Sequence record: NC_129898.1
Source of the DNA: a phage
Length of the DNA stretch: 64,000 nucleotides
Reading direction: 5' to 3' (one strand)
Shown: piece after piece, positions 35,939 through 44,767 of the stretch
Position numbering within the stretch: position 1 is the stretch's first letter
How the letters are laid out: every line of letters begins with the position of its first letter
Made by a program: the position numbers and the translations under genes
Notes under the pieces: model-generated
What the model saw: only the letters and a program-made list of their open reading frames with translations
What the model was told of the DNA's origin: nothing
Databases searched by the model: none

Positions 35939-36358
35939 ATGCCACAGGAAGAAATGATTTCCTACGAAATCATCTACGAACCTGACACTAAAGATGCTCA
36001 CGGTGAGTGGATGAGTAAAGACACCATCAAAAAGGCTAAAGATAACTGGGACGCAGCATACGCCGCAGGACTAGTTTCTGAAAACCTTTTTCACTTGACC
36101 TCTACAGATGCTTTCACTATTGAAAAGACGTGGATTCAAGAAGAGTTTGATGTTGTAGTAATTGGCACTGAGCAGGTCATCAAGGCTGGCTCTTGGGTTG
36201 CTAAAGTTAAATACAATAATCCTGAATTATGGGAAGCTAAGAAGGCTGGCATTGTTGGTGGCCTAAGCATTCAGGCAACAGGTAATGTTGATGAAGAGAC
36301 TGGTGAAATTACCAACGTAAACTTCGGGATCAGTGTTGTAGAAGAGGGCAATGAATAA
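35939..36358 (+). CDS. hypothetical head-module protein
   Basis: Track ORF 35783-36358 overlaps the portal gene; trimmed to an internal ATG (alternative 35927). Confidence 0.35.
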   Translation: MPQEEMISYEIIYEPDTKDAHGEWMSKDTIKKAKDNWDAAYAAGLVSENLFHLTSTDAFTIEKTWIQEEFDVVVIGTEQVIKAGSWVAKVKYNNPELWEAKKAGIVGGLSIQATGNVDEETGEITNVNFGISVVEEGNE

Positions 36359-37335
36359 TGTCTGAAAAAACGATTACTATTAAAGAGAAGGGGATTGCCC
36401 TGTGCCATAAGGCGCAAGGCTATAGCGCTAACAACAGACCTGTATCTCTTTTGATGAAGAGTGATCTTCAGCCTGAGCAGTTAACAGACGATATTGTTAA
36501 GGCACTTCGCCAAGTTACTGTGGAGCTTAGTTTTGAAGAATACCTGCGTCGTTTCTTCGATATGTGGTATGATGATGCCAAAGCACTTGCACACATGCTT
36601 GGTTTTGAGATTGAAGAGGAAGCTTGGGCTAAAGAGCATCCTGATTGGGAATGGGCGCAAGCTGACGCAGAGTCTTGTATTGCATGGCTGGAAGAGCGTT
36701 GTGATAACGTGACCATTCATAAAGCTGCAAAAGAAGGCAAGCAGCTTAGTGTGGTAGATCAGTACAGCCTGCTAAAAACACAACAGATTTTTGAACAAGT
36801 AACCGCTGATCTCTTCGATAAAGAAGGGAACCTGATCAAGGCGGTACAGGAACCTACTGAGGTAGATAAAACTACCGAGGTGGATGATGTTGCAAAATCC
36901 GCAAATACCGAGGAGAATCCGGTGGACGTAACCAAAACTAAAGAGTATCTGGATCTGCTGAAGCAAGTAGAAGAGCTGAAAGCAACCCAGAGTAAAGCTG
37001 AAGAAATCATCAAGGCTCAGGTTGAAGTTGAAAAAGCTAAAATGCTGACTAAAGCTCAAGCTTTAAGCTTTGTTGGTGAAGAAGATCATGCAACCCTGGT
37101 TGACTTCATGCTGGAAAAAGCTAACGAACCTATTGTAGCTATGCTGGAGAAAGCTCAAGCCAAAATTGAAGAGCTGGAAGCAGAGGTGCATAAAACCAAA
37201 GAAGAGTTTGCCACCACTGAACATGGTAATGATGGCGAACCTGTTGTGGATGATATTGCAAAATCCGCAGAAGAAATTCTTGCTGAAAACGTTGCAAAAG
37301 CACTTGCTCGTGCACGTGCAGAATCTACTAAATAA
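36358..37335 (+). CDS. putative scaffolding protein
   Basis: Acidic, helix-rich, with internal repeats (DDVAKSA..., DDIAKSAEE); sits between portal and capsid genes. Confidence 0.45.
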   Translation: MSEKTITIKEKGIALCHKAQGYSANNRPVSLLMKSDLQPEQLTDDIVKALRQVTVELSFEEYLRRFFDMWYDDAKALAHMLGFEIEEEAWAKEHPDWEWAQADAESCIAWLEERCDNVTIHKAAKEGKQLSVVDQYSLLKTQQIFEQVTADLFDKEGNLIKAVQEPTEVDKTTEVDDVAKSANTEENPVDVTKTKEYLDLLKQVEELKATQSKAEEIIKAQVEVEKAKMLTKAQALSFVGEEDHATLVDFMLEKANEPIVAMLEKAQAKIEELEAEVHKTKEEFATTEHGNDGEPVVDDIAKSAEEILAENVAKALARARAESTK

Positions 37336-37355
37336 GACATTAACGGGGGAAATAA

Positions 37356-37745
37356 ATGATTACCGCTCAATATTCTGATATCGTGCTCGGCAAAGTTGAT
37401 TCTAGCGATGCTGGCTACAATTTTAAAGAGATGGAAATTACACTGACAGAGCACCATCATGCTGGTACTGTTGTAACAAAAACTGGCACTATCGCTAACG
37501 ATGATGGCTCAGATGTTTATGGTGTTATTGTAGACCGAGCTCTGGTAAAAGATGCAGGAAAAGTTCATCTCGCTGAGCCTCTGCAAACAGGCCAGAAATA
37601 TAAACTGGTTGTTGCAGTTCACGGTGTTACCTTTGCAAAAGATAAGCTGCTGGGGTCTAACGGTGAAGCAGCTAAGCAGGCTGTTCTTGAAAAGCTTGAA
37701 GCTCTGGGTAACAAAGTTCACGTCCAGACTCTTGGTGAAGAGTAA
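37356..37745 (+). CDS. putative head decoration protein
   Basis: 129-aa protein immediately upstream of the capsid gene; assigned by position and size only. Confidence 0.35.
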   Translation: MITAQYSDIVLGKVDSSDAGYNFKEMEITLTEHHHAGTVVTKTGTIANDDGSDVYGVIVDRALVKDAGKVHLAEPLQTGQKYKLVVAVHGVTFAKDKLLGSNGEAAKQAVLEKLEALGNKVHVQTLGEE

Positions 37746-37793
37746 GCCCTAAATTGTTCGGGAAAATATTTAAGTTTTACTTTGGAGAAATAA

Positions 37794-38804
37794 ATGATTA
37801 CTCGTAAAGATGAATTTGGCATTGTTGATTTAGGTGCTACTCTGGACCTTGTTCCGCGTCAATTTCGCCTGATCACCGGTATGGATCTGTTCGAAACTCG
37901 TCTTGGCACCTCAACAATTGCTCAGATCGAGCGTGTTGATGAAGTTGTAACCGACATTCCGGCACGCCGTCGTGGCGGTGAGCGTAACTACGTTGGTAGT
38001 GAACGTGCTCAGGTTAAAAACCTGAACATCCCGTTCTTCCCTCTGGACAAAGGCATCACTGCCGCAGATGTTCAGAACTTCCGTCGTTACTTCACCCCTG
38101 ACGCTCCGAAAACTGTTCAGGATGTAGTAACCCGCGTTGTTCGCCGTATCCGTGTTTCTCATGAAGCACTGCGTGAGAAAGCGCTGTTCCAGGCTATTCT
38201 GGGTAAATCCTATGCACCTGGTGACACCACCTGTCAGTATGATTACTACACTCTGTGGGGCGTGTCTCAGAAGTCTGTTGAGATTGACCCTGCAAAAGCA
38301 GATCAGGATCCTATGGAGGTTCTGGAAGAAGCTCGTCTGCACATCGCACTGCAAGCTGGTGATAACGCAGCTGGCTACCGTATTGTAGCTCTGTGCTCAC
38401 CAGAGTTCTTCAGTGCTATTACCCATCACCCGCTGGTAGAACTGGCATACACCTATTACGGCTCTGCTCAGGAACCTCTGCGTCGCCGTCTGGGTGCTGG
38501 CGGTCAGGACAGCGTATACCGTGTGTTTGAACATAAAGGTATCACCTTTATCGAAGATATCTCTGGCAATATTCCTAAGAAAGAAGCTCGCATTCTGCCG
38601 ATGGGTATTGATCAGATGTTCCAGCTGCACTTTGCTCCGGCAGATGATGTTAACGAAGCAAACACTCCAGCACAGGAACTGTACATGTGGTACAAACACT
38701 CTGCATACCTGCGTGAAGAGAAGATTGAATCTGAAACTTCTATGCTGGCAGTTAACACCCGTCCAGAGTTGGTTGTTAAAGTAACTCTGAAAAACGGTGG
38801 CTAA
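37794..38804 (+). CDS. major capsid protein
   Basis: 336-aa ORF with strongly biased high-expression codon use, in capsid position, followed by a strong terminator. Confidence 0.7.
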   Translation: MITRKDEFGIVDLGATLDLVPRQFRLITGMDLFETRLGTSTIAQIERVDEVVTDIPARRRGGERNYVGSERAQVKNLNIPFFPLDKGITAADVQNFRRYFTPDAPKTVQDVVTRVVRRIRVSHEALREKALFQAILGKSYAPGDTTCQYDYYTLWGVSQKSVEIDPAKADQDPMEVLEEARLHIALQAGDNAAGYRIVALCSPEFFSAITHHPLVELAYTYYGSAQEPLRRRLGAGGQDSVYRVFEHKGITFIEDISGNIPKKEARILPMGIDQMFQLHFAPADDVNEANTPAQELYMWYKHSAYLREEKIESETSMLAVNTRPELVVKVTLKNGG

Positions 38805-38828
38805 TCACTAAGGTGATTCATCCCATAT

Positions 38829-38860
38829 GGGGAGGGGGTTCTCCCCTCCCCTTTTTATTT
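38829..38860 (+). terminator. rho-independent terminator
   Basis: GGGGAGGGGG-ttct-CCCCTCCCC hairpin followed by TTTTTATTT. Confidence 0.7.
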
Positions 38861-38884
38861 ATTAGGGTTTAACAGGAGTGTCCC

Positions 38885-39700
38885 GTGAAGAGAGCCGTAT
38901 ATCCAGTTGAGTATGATCCTCTATTAAGAGTTTTCAACAATCAGTTAAGTTTCTATCAATTTTTAGCACAATATAACCCAGAAATCAATGTTGGTTTATC
39001 AGCCCTGCTGCCACCAACAGAATTCGTTATTGGCAGTGTTCACTATCCGTGCAGAACGATTGTAGACTTCTTCGAGAAGATTGCAAAACACACAGGCCTG
39101 CCAATTGATACTGGTATTTCAACTATCCGTATGGGTGTTATTCTTCTGTTCTTCACAGAGAACCTTGATGAAAGCACTTTAACACTGCAAAGCGGTGATG
39201 TCAATATCACACTCACCCCGTCAGTGTTTAAAGAGGTAGATGCCGCTTTCAAAGTTTCCGTGGCAGAGGGCCATCTGTGGGATCCTGCAGGGATGCCTAA
39301 AAAAGTGACCATAAACGATGAGCAATGCAGCATTGTTTATGAAGAAGATACCCAAACTTTCACCATCGAATGGCCTAAGAAACGCTCTCAGGTTGTAAAT
39401 CTTGGACTGACCTCTACAGTGGCCCCAGAGCCTGAACCTGAAGTTCCGGAACCACCTCTTGAGGGTGACGGTGAAGGTCCTGTAGCAGATCCACAAGATG
39501 TGGCTGTAGCCTCTTTCGCATCTGCAGCTGTTGAGAATAAGGATGAAATCCTTAAACAGGCCGCAGCTCTTAACAACGAAGATGACAAAAGTGGTTCAAA
39601 AGATGCACTCCAAACCTTTGCTAAAGAGTATGGTGTTACCTTAAGTAAGGCAAAAACTTTCCAAAATATGATGAAAGATTTTGAGGCTGCACTGGCATAA
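38885..39700 (+). CDS. hypothetical structural protein
   Basis: 271-aa ORF with an acidic, proline-rich linker. Confidence 0.45.
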   Translation: MKRAVYPVEYDPLLRVFNNQLSFYQFLAQYNPEINVGLSALLPPTEFVIGSVHYPCRTIVDFFEKIAKHTGLPIDTGISTIRMGVILLFFTENLDESTLTLQSGDVNITLTPSVFKEVDAAFKVSVAEGHLWDPAGMPKKVTINDEQCSIVYEEDTQTFTIEWPKKRSQVVNLGLTSTVAPEPEPEVPEPPLEGDGEGPVADPQDVAVASFASAAVENKDEILKQAAALNNEDDKSGSKDALQTFAKEYGVTLSKAKTFQNMMKDFEAALA

Positions 39701-39708
39701 TTTTGTTA

Positions 39709-39744
39709 AGGCCCCTTCCAAGTCAGGAATGGGGCTTTATTTTT
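39709..39744 (+). terminator. rho-independent terminator
   Basis: GGCCCC..GGGGC hairpin followed by TTTATTTTT. Confidence 0.55.
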
Positions 39745-39759
39745 ACGAGGTATTTTCAA

Positions 39760-40380
39760 ATGGCATGGTATGAAGATGAAGAGATTATCCCGTCCCCTCC
39801 TGACCATGATGGCGTAGTCGATACCCCAGAAGAACCACCAAAAGAAGATCCTGCACCTTCTGAACCTGATCCAGACCAACCTCTTATTGATATTATGAGG
39901 TTATTGCTTGGCAATGTTGATGAGGAAACACTTCCTGATGAGGTAATTAAAACATTCCTCGACATGGAGAAGCTGAAACTAAATTACCCGGCAAATCCTG
40001 ATAAGCTACCCCTGCTTAAGTACAATGTGCTTGTGCAGCTTGTGCGGTGGCTGATGATGCAGGAAGTGTCTAGCGGTAATGCAAGTATAACTTCCCGTCT
40101 GGAAAAAATAGGTGATGAGACCATAGAGATTCGTGGTGGATCTTCCTACGCCCAGTGGAAAGATTTCCTTGATTGGCTGCTGGCACACCCAGACTATGTA
40201 GACTCAGAGCTAGATGCTTATAGCAGAATGATTATCATTGGCGGTGTTCGTGTAGACGAGGGAATTCGGGTTAAATTCAATGAAAACAGTAACGGCCCGT
40301 TCGATGTTCAGGGGATTACACCTATCAGTGGTCTAAATAATCAACCTCCTCGCCACCCAAGACGCAAACGCAGTTTTTAA
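39760..40380 (+). CDS. hypothetical structural protein
   Basis: Trimmed to ATG at 39760 because the track start lies within the terminator hairpin. Confidence 0.45.
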   Translation: MAWYEDEEIIPSPPDHDGVVDTPEEPPKEDPAPSEPDPDQPLIDIMRLLLGNVDEETLPDEVIKTFLDMEKLKLNYPANPDKLPLLKYNVLVQLVRWLMMQEVSSGNASITSRLEKIGDETIEIRGGSSYAQWKDFLDWLLAHPDYVDSELDAYSRMIIIGGVRVDEGIRVKFNENSNGPFDVQGITPISGLNNQPPRHPRRKRSF

Positions 40381-40386
40381 AAATTG

Positions 40387-40415
40387 TTGCTTTTGATGTA
40401 TCTTTGTGGTAAAAT
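40387..40415 (+). promoter_or_regulatory. promoter with extended -10 (TGGTAAAAT)
   Basis: Motif TGGTAAAATACA is shared with the promoter at 43908-43936. Confidence 0.45.
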
Positions 40416-40433
40416 ACATTAGTGAGGAATATA

Positions 40434-40898
40434 ATGCTAAAGGTTAAATGTCAAACTAGGTTCAACCTAAAGCGTTTAGATCGCTTTTACAAAGACCTTG
40501 TGAAACTAGAAAGCAAAACAATAACCTACGGCTTTTATGATGAACCTCACCCGTCAGGCTTAAATATGGCAACATTGGCAGCTATTCACAACTTCGGTTG
40601 GAACGGGCTGCCTGTTCGCAATTTCATGGAGACGGCCTTTGCATTTCACAGCACGCAACTGCAGACCTTGACAGAAAAATTGTTGAGAGCTATGGCTAGA
40701 GGATCAAGTGCAGAGGCTGTTCTTAAGCAGATGGGGGACACAGGGGCCAAAGCTATCCAGTTTGTTATTGAGGCTGGGCAGTTTAGTAACCCTACTGTTA
40801 GTGAGAAGTGGGCACAAGAGAAGGGCTTCAACGAGGCTATGCGGCATTACGATGTGCTGCTGGAATCTGCAACCTTTAAAATTGGACAGCAAAAATAA
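40434..40898 (+). CDS. hypothetical structural protein
   Basis: Started at ATG 40434 (GAGG RBS); the track start is a GTG at 40422. Confidence 0.45.
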   Translation: MLKVKCQTRFNLKRLDRFYKDLVKLESKTITYGFYDEPHPSGLNMATLAAIHNFGWNGLPVRNFMETAFAFHSTQLQTLTEKLLRAMARGSSAEAVLKQMGDTGAKAIQFVIEAGQFSNPTVSEKWAQEKGFNEAMRHYDVLLESATFKIGQQK

Positions 40899-40907
40899 GG
40901 GGGTTGA

Positions 40908-41333
40908 GTGGCAGCAGGTTATAAGCTGATAGGAAAGAACAGGCTAATACCCCGTAAAACATTCAAAGGTCGCCACAGAGTGTATAACAAAACAGTTGGT
41001 GGTCCTTTTGCTAACGAGGGGTTAGAACTTGAGTATGAAGAGTTTGATGTCTTAGAGTGTGTTGTGCAGCCGTTGACAGGAAGGGCAGCTAAAGATTACT
41101 CCTCTCAAATAAATCCTGAAGGTGACAGACAGTACGAGGCTTTTACAGTTTACTCCTCAACCAAGTTGTACAGTCCAGATGAAGGAACATATGCAATGGC
41201 TGATCAAATTCAGCTGCCTGACATCCGTGGTGACTTGAAATGGTTTACCGTTTTAAAATGCGATGCATATGTAACGTCTGGTGGTGGAAGATATAGATTT
41301 TTTGTGGTAGAAGAGCCTGAAGGAGAAGATTGA
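40908..41333 (+). CDS. hypothetical structural protein
   Basis: 141-aa ORF, tightly packed. Confidence 0.45.
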   Translation: MAAGYKLIGKNRLIPRKTFKGRHRVYNKTVGGPFANEGLELEYEEFDVLECVVQPLTGRAAKDYSSQINPEGDRQYEAFTVYSSTKLYSPDEGTYAMADQIQLPDIRGDLKWFTVLKCDAYVTSGGGRYRFFVVEEPEGED

Positions 41334-41884
41334 TGGAAGCTTTCGAAAAAGTTTTTTCTGATCTTGAAACAACCATTGCTAAGCTTGTCAAGGTTGCCAC
41401 AGGAAGAACTGTAGTTCTGGCAGAAAGCTCTACCATACCGAAGCCGGAAGGTGAGTTTGTACTTTTACAAACCTTGGCGATCAATCCAACCACTTGGGAA
41501 GATAACGAGTTTCAAGATGCGGAGGGTAATGCTTACGTAACACACAGTTACACTGTTACTTATCTGTTAACAGCTTATCGTGGCAGGGCATATGCTGCAC
41601 TTAGCAGAGTATTGCAAGCAATAAATCTTCCAATGTTTTATGACAAGTATTTCCCTCTGGGATCGTGCTTTGCTTACTCTAACAATTCAACAATCTCCCC
41701 TCAAAGGGTGCCGTTGAATAAGCAGACGTATGAAAATAGAGCCACGGTAATGCTGACATTTAACGTAAGGTTTGTTGAGACAGACATTGGGGCTTTTGAG
41801 GATCTTCAGGGAATTAAGGCTGAAATAACCACACACTTCCCTTCACCCAATTCTGATAAATCGGTTACAGACAGTGGTCAGTAA
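41330..41884 (+). CDS. hypothetical structural protein
   Basis: 184-aa ORF overlapping the upstream stop. Confidence 0.45.
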   Translation: MMEAFEKVFSDLETTIAKLVKVATGRTVVLAESSTIPKPEGEFVLLQTLAINPTTWEDNEFQDAEGNAYVTHSYTVTYLLTAYRGRAYAALSRVLQAINLPMFYDKYFPLGSCFAYSNNSTISPQRVPLNKQTYENRATVMLTFNVRFVETDIGAFEDLQGIKAEITTHFPSPNSDKSVTDSGQ

Positions 41885-41956
41885 TCGTTATAATTGTGTA
41901 GTGTAATGATTACACTGCGTGTTTGATATCCGTGCACAGATATTAAGAGGAAACAA

Positions 41957-43333
41957 ATGCCATATTTAGATAAAGTGGTAGATGTTACAGTTAACCTCGG
42001 AACCCAGCCTATTGACACTGTAGGTTTCGAAACTCCGCTGTTCATCGCTATCCACAACAACTTCACTGAGCGAGCTCGCGTATATGCGGAGCTGGATCAG
42101 ATGGTGGAAGACGGTTTCGCACAAGGCTCTGCAGCTTATGAGTTTGCAGCAAAAGCTTTCGGCGGTGTATTCCCTCCGCAGTATGTTATGATCGGCAGAC
42201 AGGCAAAAGAAAAAACCACTGTAGATTTTAAAGGTATTGCTGCCGCAGCTGATACTGATGTCGTAATGACTATTGCAAAAGGTAGCTACAATACTTCTCT
42301 GATAGTGCCTATCTCTGGTGGAACAGGTGCAACTCAGATTGCAGAGTCAATGAAGACTAAAATTGAAGCAGATGATAGCTTGAACGATATCACTGTAGCG
42401 GCTGAAGACGGTGTTCTCACCATCACGGGTGACTGTACTGTTGGTTATCATACTGGTAACTATACAATCAAAAATATCGCCAATGCTGAAAAACCTTCTA
42501 CAGTAGTTGATAAGATCAATGCTGAGCGTGACAATTGGTACTTCCTGTGCCATGAAGACCACACCGACATTGAAGCATGTGCTAAGTGGGCTCAGGCTAA
42601 CTACAAGCTGCATGTCTACTCTACTGCAGAAGATGTGACTGGTAAAGATAATAACATCGCCACCAAACTAATGGCTGCACAATATGACAGTGTTGGCATG
42701 TACGATCCTCGTGCAGATAAGGACTTCCCGGAGGGTGGTATCATAGGTGCTATGGCATCCAACGATCCGTCCTATGGTGACAGTTTGCACTTAAAACAGA
42801 TGCCGGGTGTGATTGCACCATCTTTGACTTTAACTCAGCGTATGGCGATTTGGGAAAACCACGTTAACTTCTATAGAATGATTAACGGTGTCGGCGCTTT
42901 CTGGGAAGGTAAGTGTGCTTCAGGTCAGTATGCAGACGCTATTCGTTTTGCACACTGGATCAAGTTCAGATCTGAAGAATCCATGTTCGGGTACATGCAT
43001 CGCCGCTCCAATATGGGTTTAAGCATGAAGATGTCTGATGATGATCTTCCGGTTATCAAGTCTGTTCTGATGAACAACCCGATCAATACTGGCATTAAGA
43101 ATGGTGCGATCCTGACAGGTTTTGACGAAGACAACAATGTGTTCTACGACCCGATCATCACAGTTCCTAAACGTGCAGAAATCCCAACCAATCAGTTGGC
43201 TGCTCGTGTTCTGGAAGGTGTGAAAGTAGAACTGGTGTATAACAACGCCCTGCACTTCGTTCGTATCCGGATCAACGTCCTCCTGGACAAAGTTGGTTCT
43301 AAATCCACCAATGCTGTTGCAATGACTGAATAA
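41957..43333 (+). CDS. major tail protein (sheath-like or large tube protein)
   Basis: 458-aa ORF with high-expression codon use, upstream of a 157-aa tail protein and the chaperone/tape-measure genes. Confidence 0.5.
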   Translation: MPYLDKVVDVTVNLGTQPIDTVGFETPLFIAIHNNFTERARVYAELDQMVEDGFAQGSAAYEFAAKAFGGVFPPQYVMIGRQAKEKTTVDFKGIAAAADTDVVMTIAKGSYNTSLIVPISGGTGATQIAESMKTKIEADDSLNDITVAAEDGVLTITGDCTVGYHTGNYTIKNIANAEKPSTVVDKINAERDNWYFLCHEDHTDIEACAKWAQANYKLHVYSTAEDVTGKDNNIATKLMAAQYDSVGMYDPRADKDFPEGGIIGAMASNDPSYGDSLHLKQMPGVIAPSLTLTQRMAIWENHVNFYRMINGVGAFWEGKCASGQYADAIRFAHWIKFRSEESMFGYMHRRSNMGLSMKMSDDDLPVIKSVLMNNPINTGIKNGAILTGFDEDNNVFYDPIITVPKRAEIPTNQLAARVLEGVKVELVYNNALHFVRIRINVLLDKVGSKSTNAVAMTE

Positions 43334-43343
43334 GGAAGACTAG

Positions 43344-43817
43344 ATGGAAACTCAAATTTTAACTCCTTATGCATATGACCCTAAAAAGGTCAAACTGTAT
43401 CTGATGCAGCAGCGTGTCACTGGCTTCGCTGCTGACACCAAGATCGTTGTTTCAAGAAACGAAGACAACATCTACCCTCACGTCGGTGTGGATGGTGAAA
43501 TGTCTGCAGCTCTGTCTCGTAACCAATCTGGTGTTATGACTGTGTCCTTGCAGAACACTTCTGTATGGAACGCTTACCTTTCTGACTGGCAGAAACAGGC
43601 ATCTATTACTGGTCTGGTATTCTTCCCGGTTCTGCTGGAAGGTAGCCAAGGTCCTGGTATTTCTACAATCGGTTGGATCCAGAAACAGCCTGACCTGACT
43701 TATGGAACCGAAGTAGGTCAACTGGACTGGGATATCGGTATTCTGGATGCATGGCTCAACCGTGACAACATCACTGGTGCTCTCACTGGCCTCGCAGGTC
43801 TTGCAGGTATTATCTAA
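43344..43817 (+). CDS. tail tube-like protein
   Basis: 157-aa ORF between the major tail gene and the chaperone pair; followed by a terminator. Confidence 0.45.
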   Translation: METQILTPYAYDPKKVKLYLMQQRVTGFAADTKIVVSRNEDNIYPHVGVDGEMSAALSRNQSGVMTVSLQNTSVWNAYLSDWQKQASITGLVFFPVLLEGSQGPGISTIGWIQKQPDLTYGTEVGQLDWDIGILDAWLNRDNITGALTGLAGLAGII

Positions 43818-43835
43818 GGGCACACTTTAGCATAG

Positions 43836-43866
43836 GCCTCACCTTCGGGTGGGGCTTTTTGCTTTT
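43836..43866 (+). terminator. rho-independent terminator
   Basis: GCCTCACC-ttcg-GGTGGGGC hairpin followed by a T-run. Confidence 0.6.
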
Positions 43867-43907
43867 ATGGTTTTGACACACGCTCTTGAATTGCTTGAAA
43901 GGTTAAA

Positions 43908-43936
43908 TTGACAATGCACCGTAATCATGGTAAAAT
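43908..43936 (+). promoter_or_regulatory. sigma70 promoter (TTGACA-17-TAAAAT with TG extension)
   Basis: Consensus -35, 17-nt spacer, TGGTAAAAT. Confidence 0.55.
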
Positions 43937-43979
43937 ACACAAATATGGTGCACAACATGACTAATAAGGATGCTATAAA

Positions 43980-44453
43980 ATGGCTATAAACTTTAGACCT
44001 ACAACAGAGATTGATTTAGCAGGGCACAACTTTGTGATCACCCACTGGGGTCCGATGAAAGCAATGAAAAACATGCCTAAAATCGGTAAGATTGTGGCTG
44101 TCCCGCTAGGTGCTATCGGTGGATCTATTCTCTCAGGCGGTCAGAATATGGCAGAGGTCCTTCCTACAGCCCTGGCTTACCTGTTCCAAGAACTTGATGA
44201 TAACTCTATTGAAGAGTTATTTAAAATCTTGTTCGAAGATATTACCGTGGATGGTGTGGATAAGCTTAACCCTGATGTTGTGTTTGCAGGGCATCTGCTG
44301 GAGATGATTAAGCTGGCAGGTAAGGTTCTGGAGGTTAACTACGGCTGTTTTTTCACACAAGACGGTTTAGGAAGCCTTCTGGAGATGTTACAGCAGATGG
44401 GTATGATTCAGCAGGTGAACAATCTGGATCAGACTCCGGAAGAGCAGGAATAA
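43980..44453 (+). CDS. tail assembly chaperone (G-like)
   Basis: 157-aa acidic protein directly upstream of the tape measure gene; contains slippery TTTTTTC at 44347-44353. Confidence 0.6.
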   Translation: MAINFRPTTEIDLAGHNFVITHWGPMKAMKNMPKIGKIVAVPLGAIGGSILSGGQNMAEVLPTALAYLFQELDDNSIEELFKILFEDITVDGVDKLNPDVVFAGHLLEMIKLAGKVLEVNYGCFFTQDGLGSLLEMLQQMGMIQQVNNLDQTPEEQE

Positions 44454-44713
44454 GCAAGGTTGTTGTGAGGGCCAGTGAGTGGGCAGCCAAGAACAGTTCA
44501 CTCAACTGGTTCGACTTTCTTTGGTGCAGGGTGCTCAAGAATTTCAAAGGGGAAAATTTTGAATCGCTAAATCTTGCAGATATGGCGTATTTCCTGAAGC
44601 TCTGTGAGTATCTTGATATCGAAGAATTCCTAGATACCGTCCAAAACAGGGAAATGGAGCGGGAGCAGAAGGCTGCCGCAGCTGCTGCGAAAGCTAAACG
44701 CAGGAGAGGATAA
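43980..44713 (+). CDS. tail assembly chaperone frameshift product (GT-like)
   Basis: The -1 frame is open from 44312 to 44713 and overlaps the G-like ORF; slippery heptamer in the overlap. Confidence 0.45.
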
Positions 44714-44718
44714 TCTAA

Positions 44719-44756
44719 GGGCCGGATTCCTTTTCTGGGATCTGGCCCTTTTTATT
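44719..44756 (+). terminator. terminator-like hairpin
   Basis: GGGCCGGAT..ATCTGGCCC stem followed by TTTTTATT. Confidence 0.45.
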
Positions 44757-44767
44757 ATGAGGAAAGC

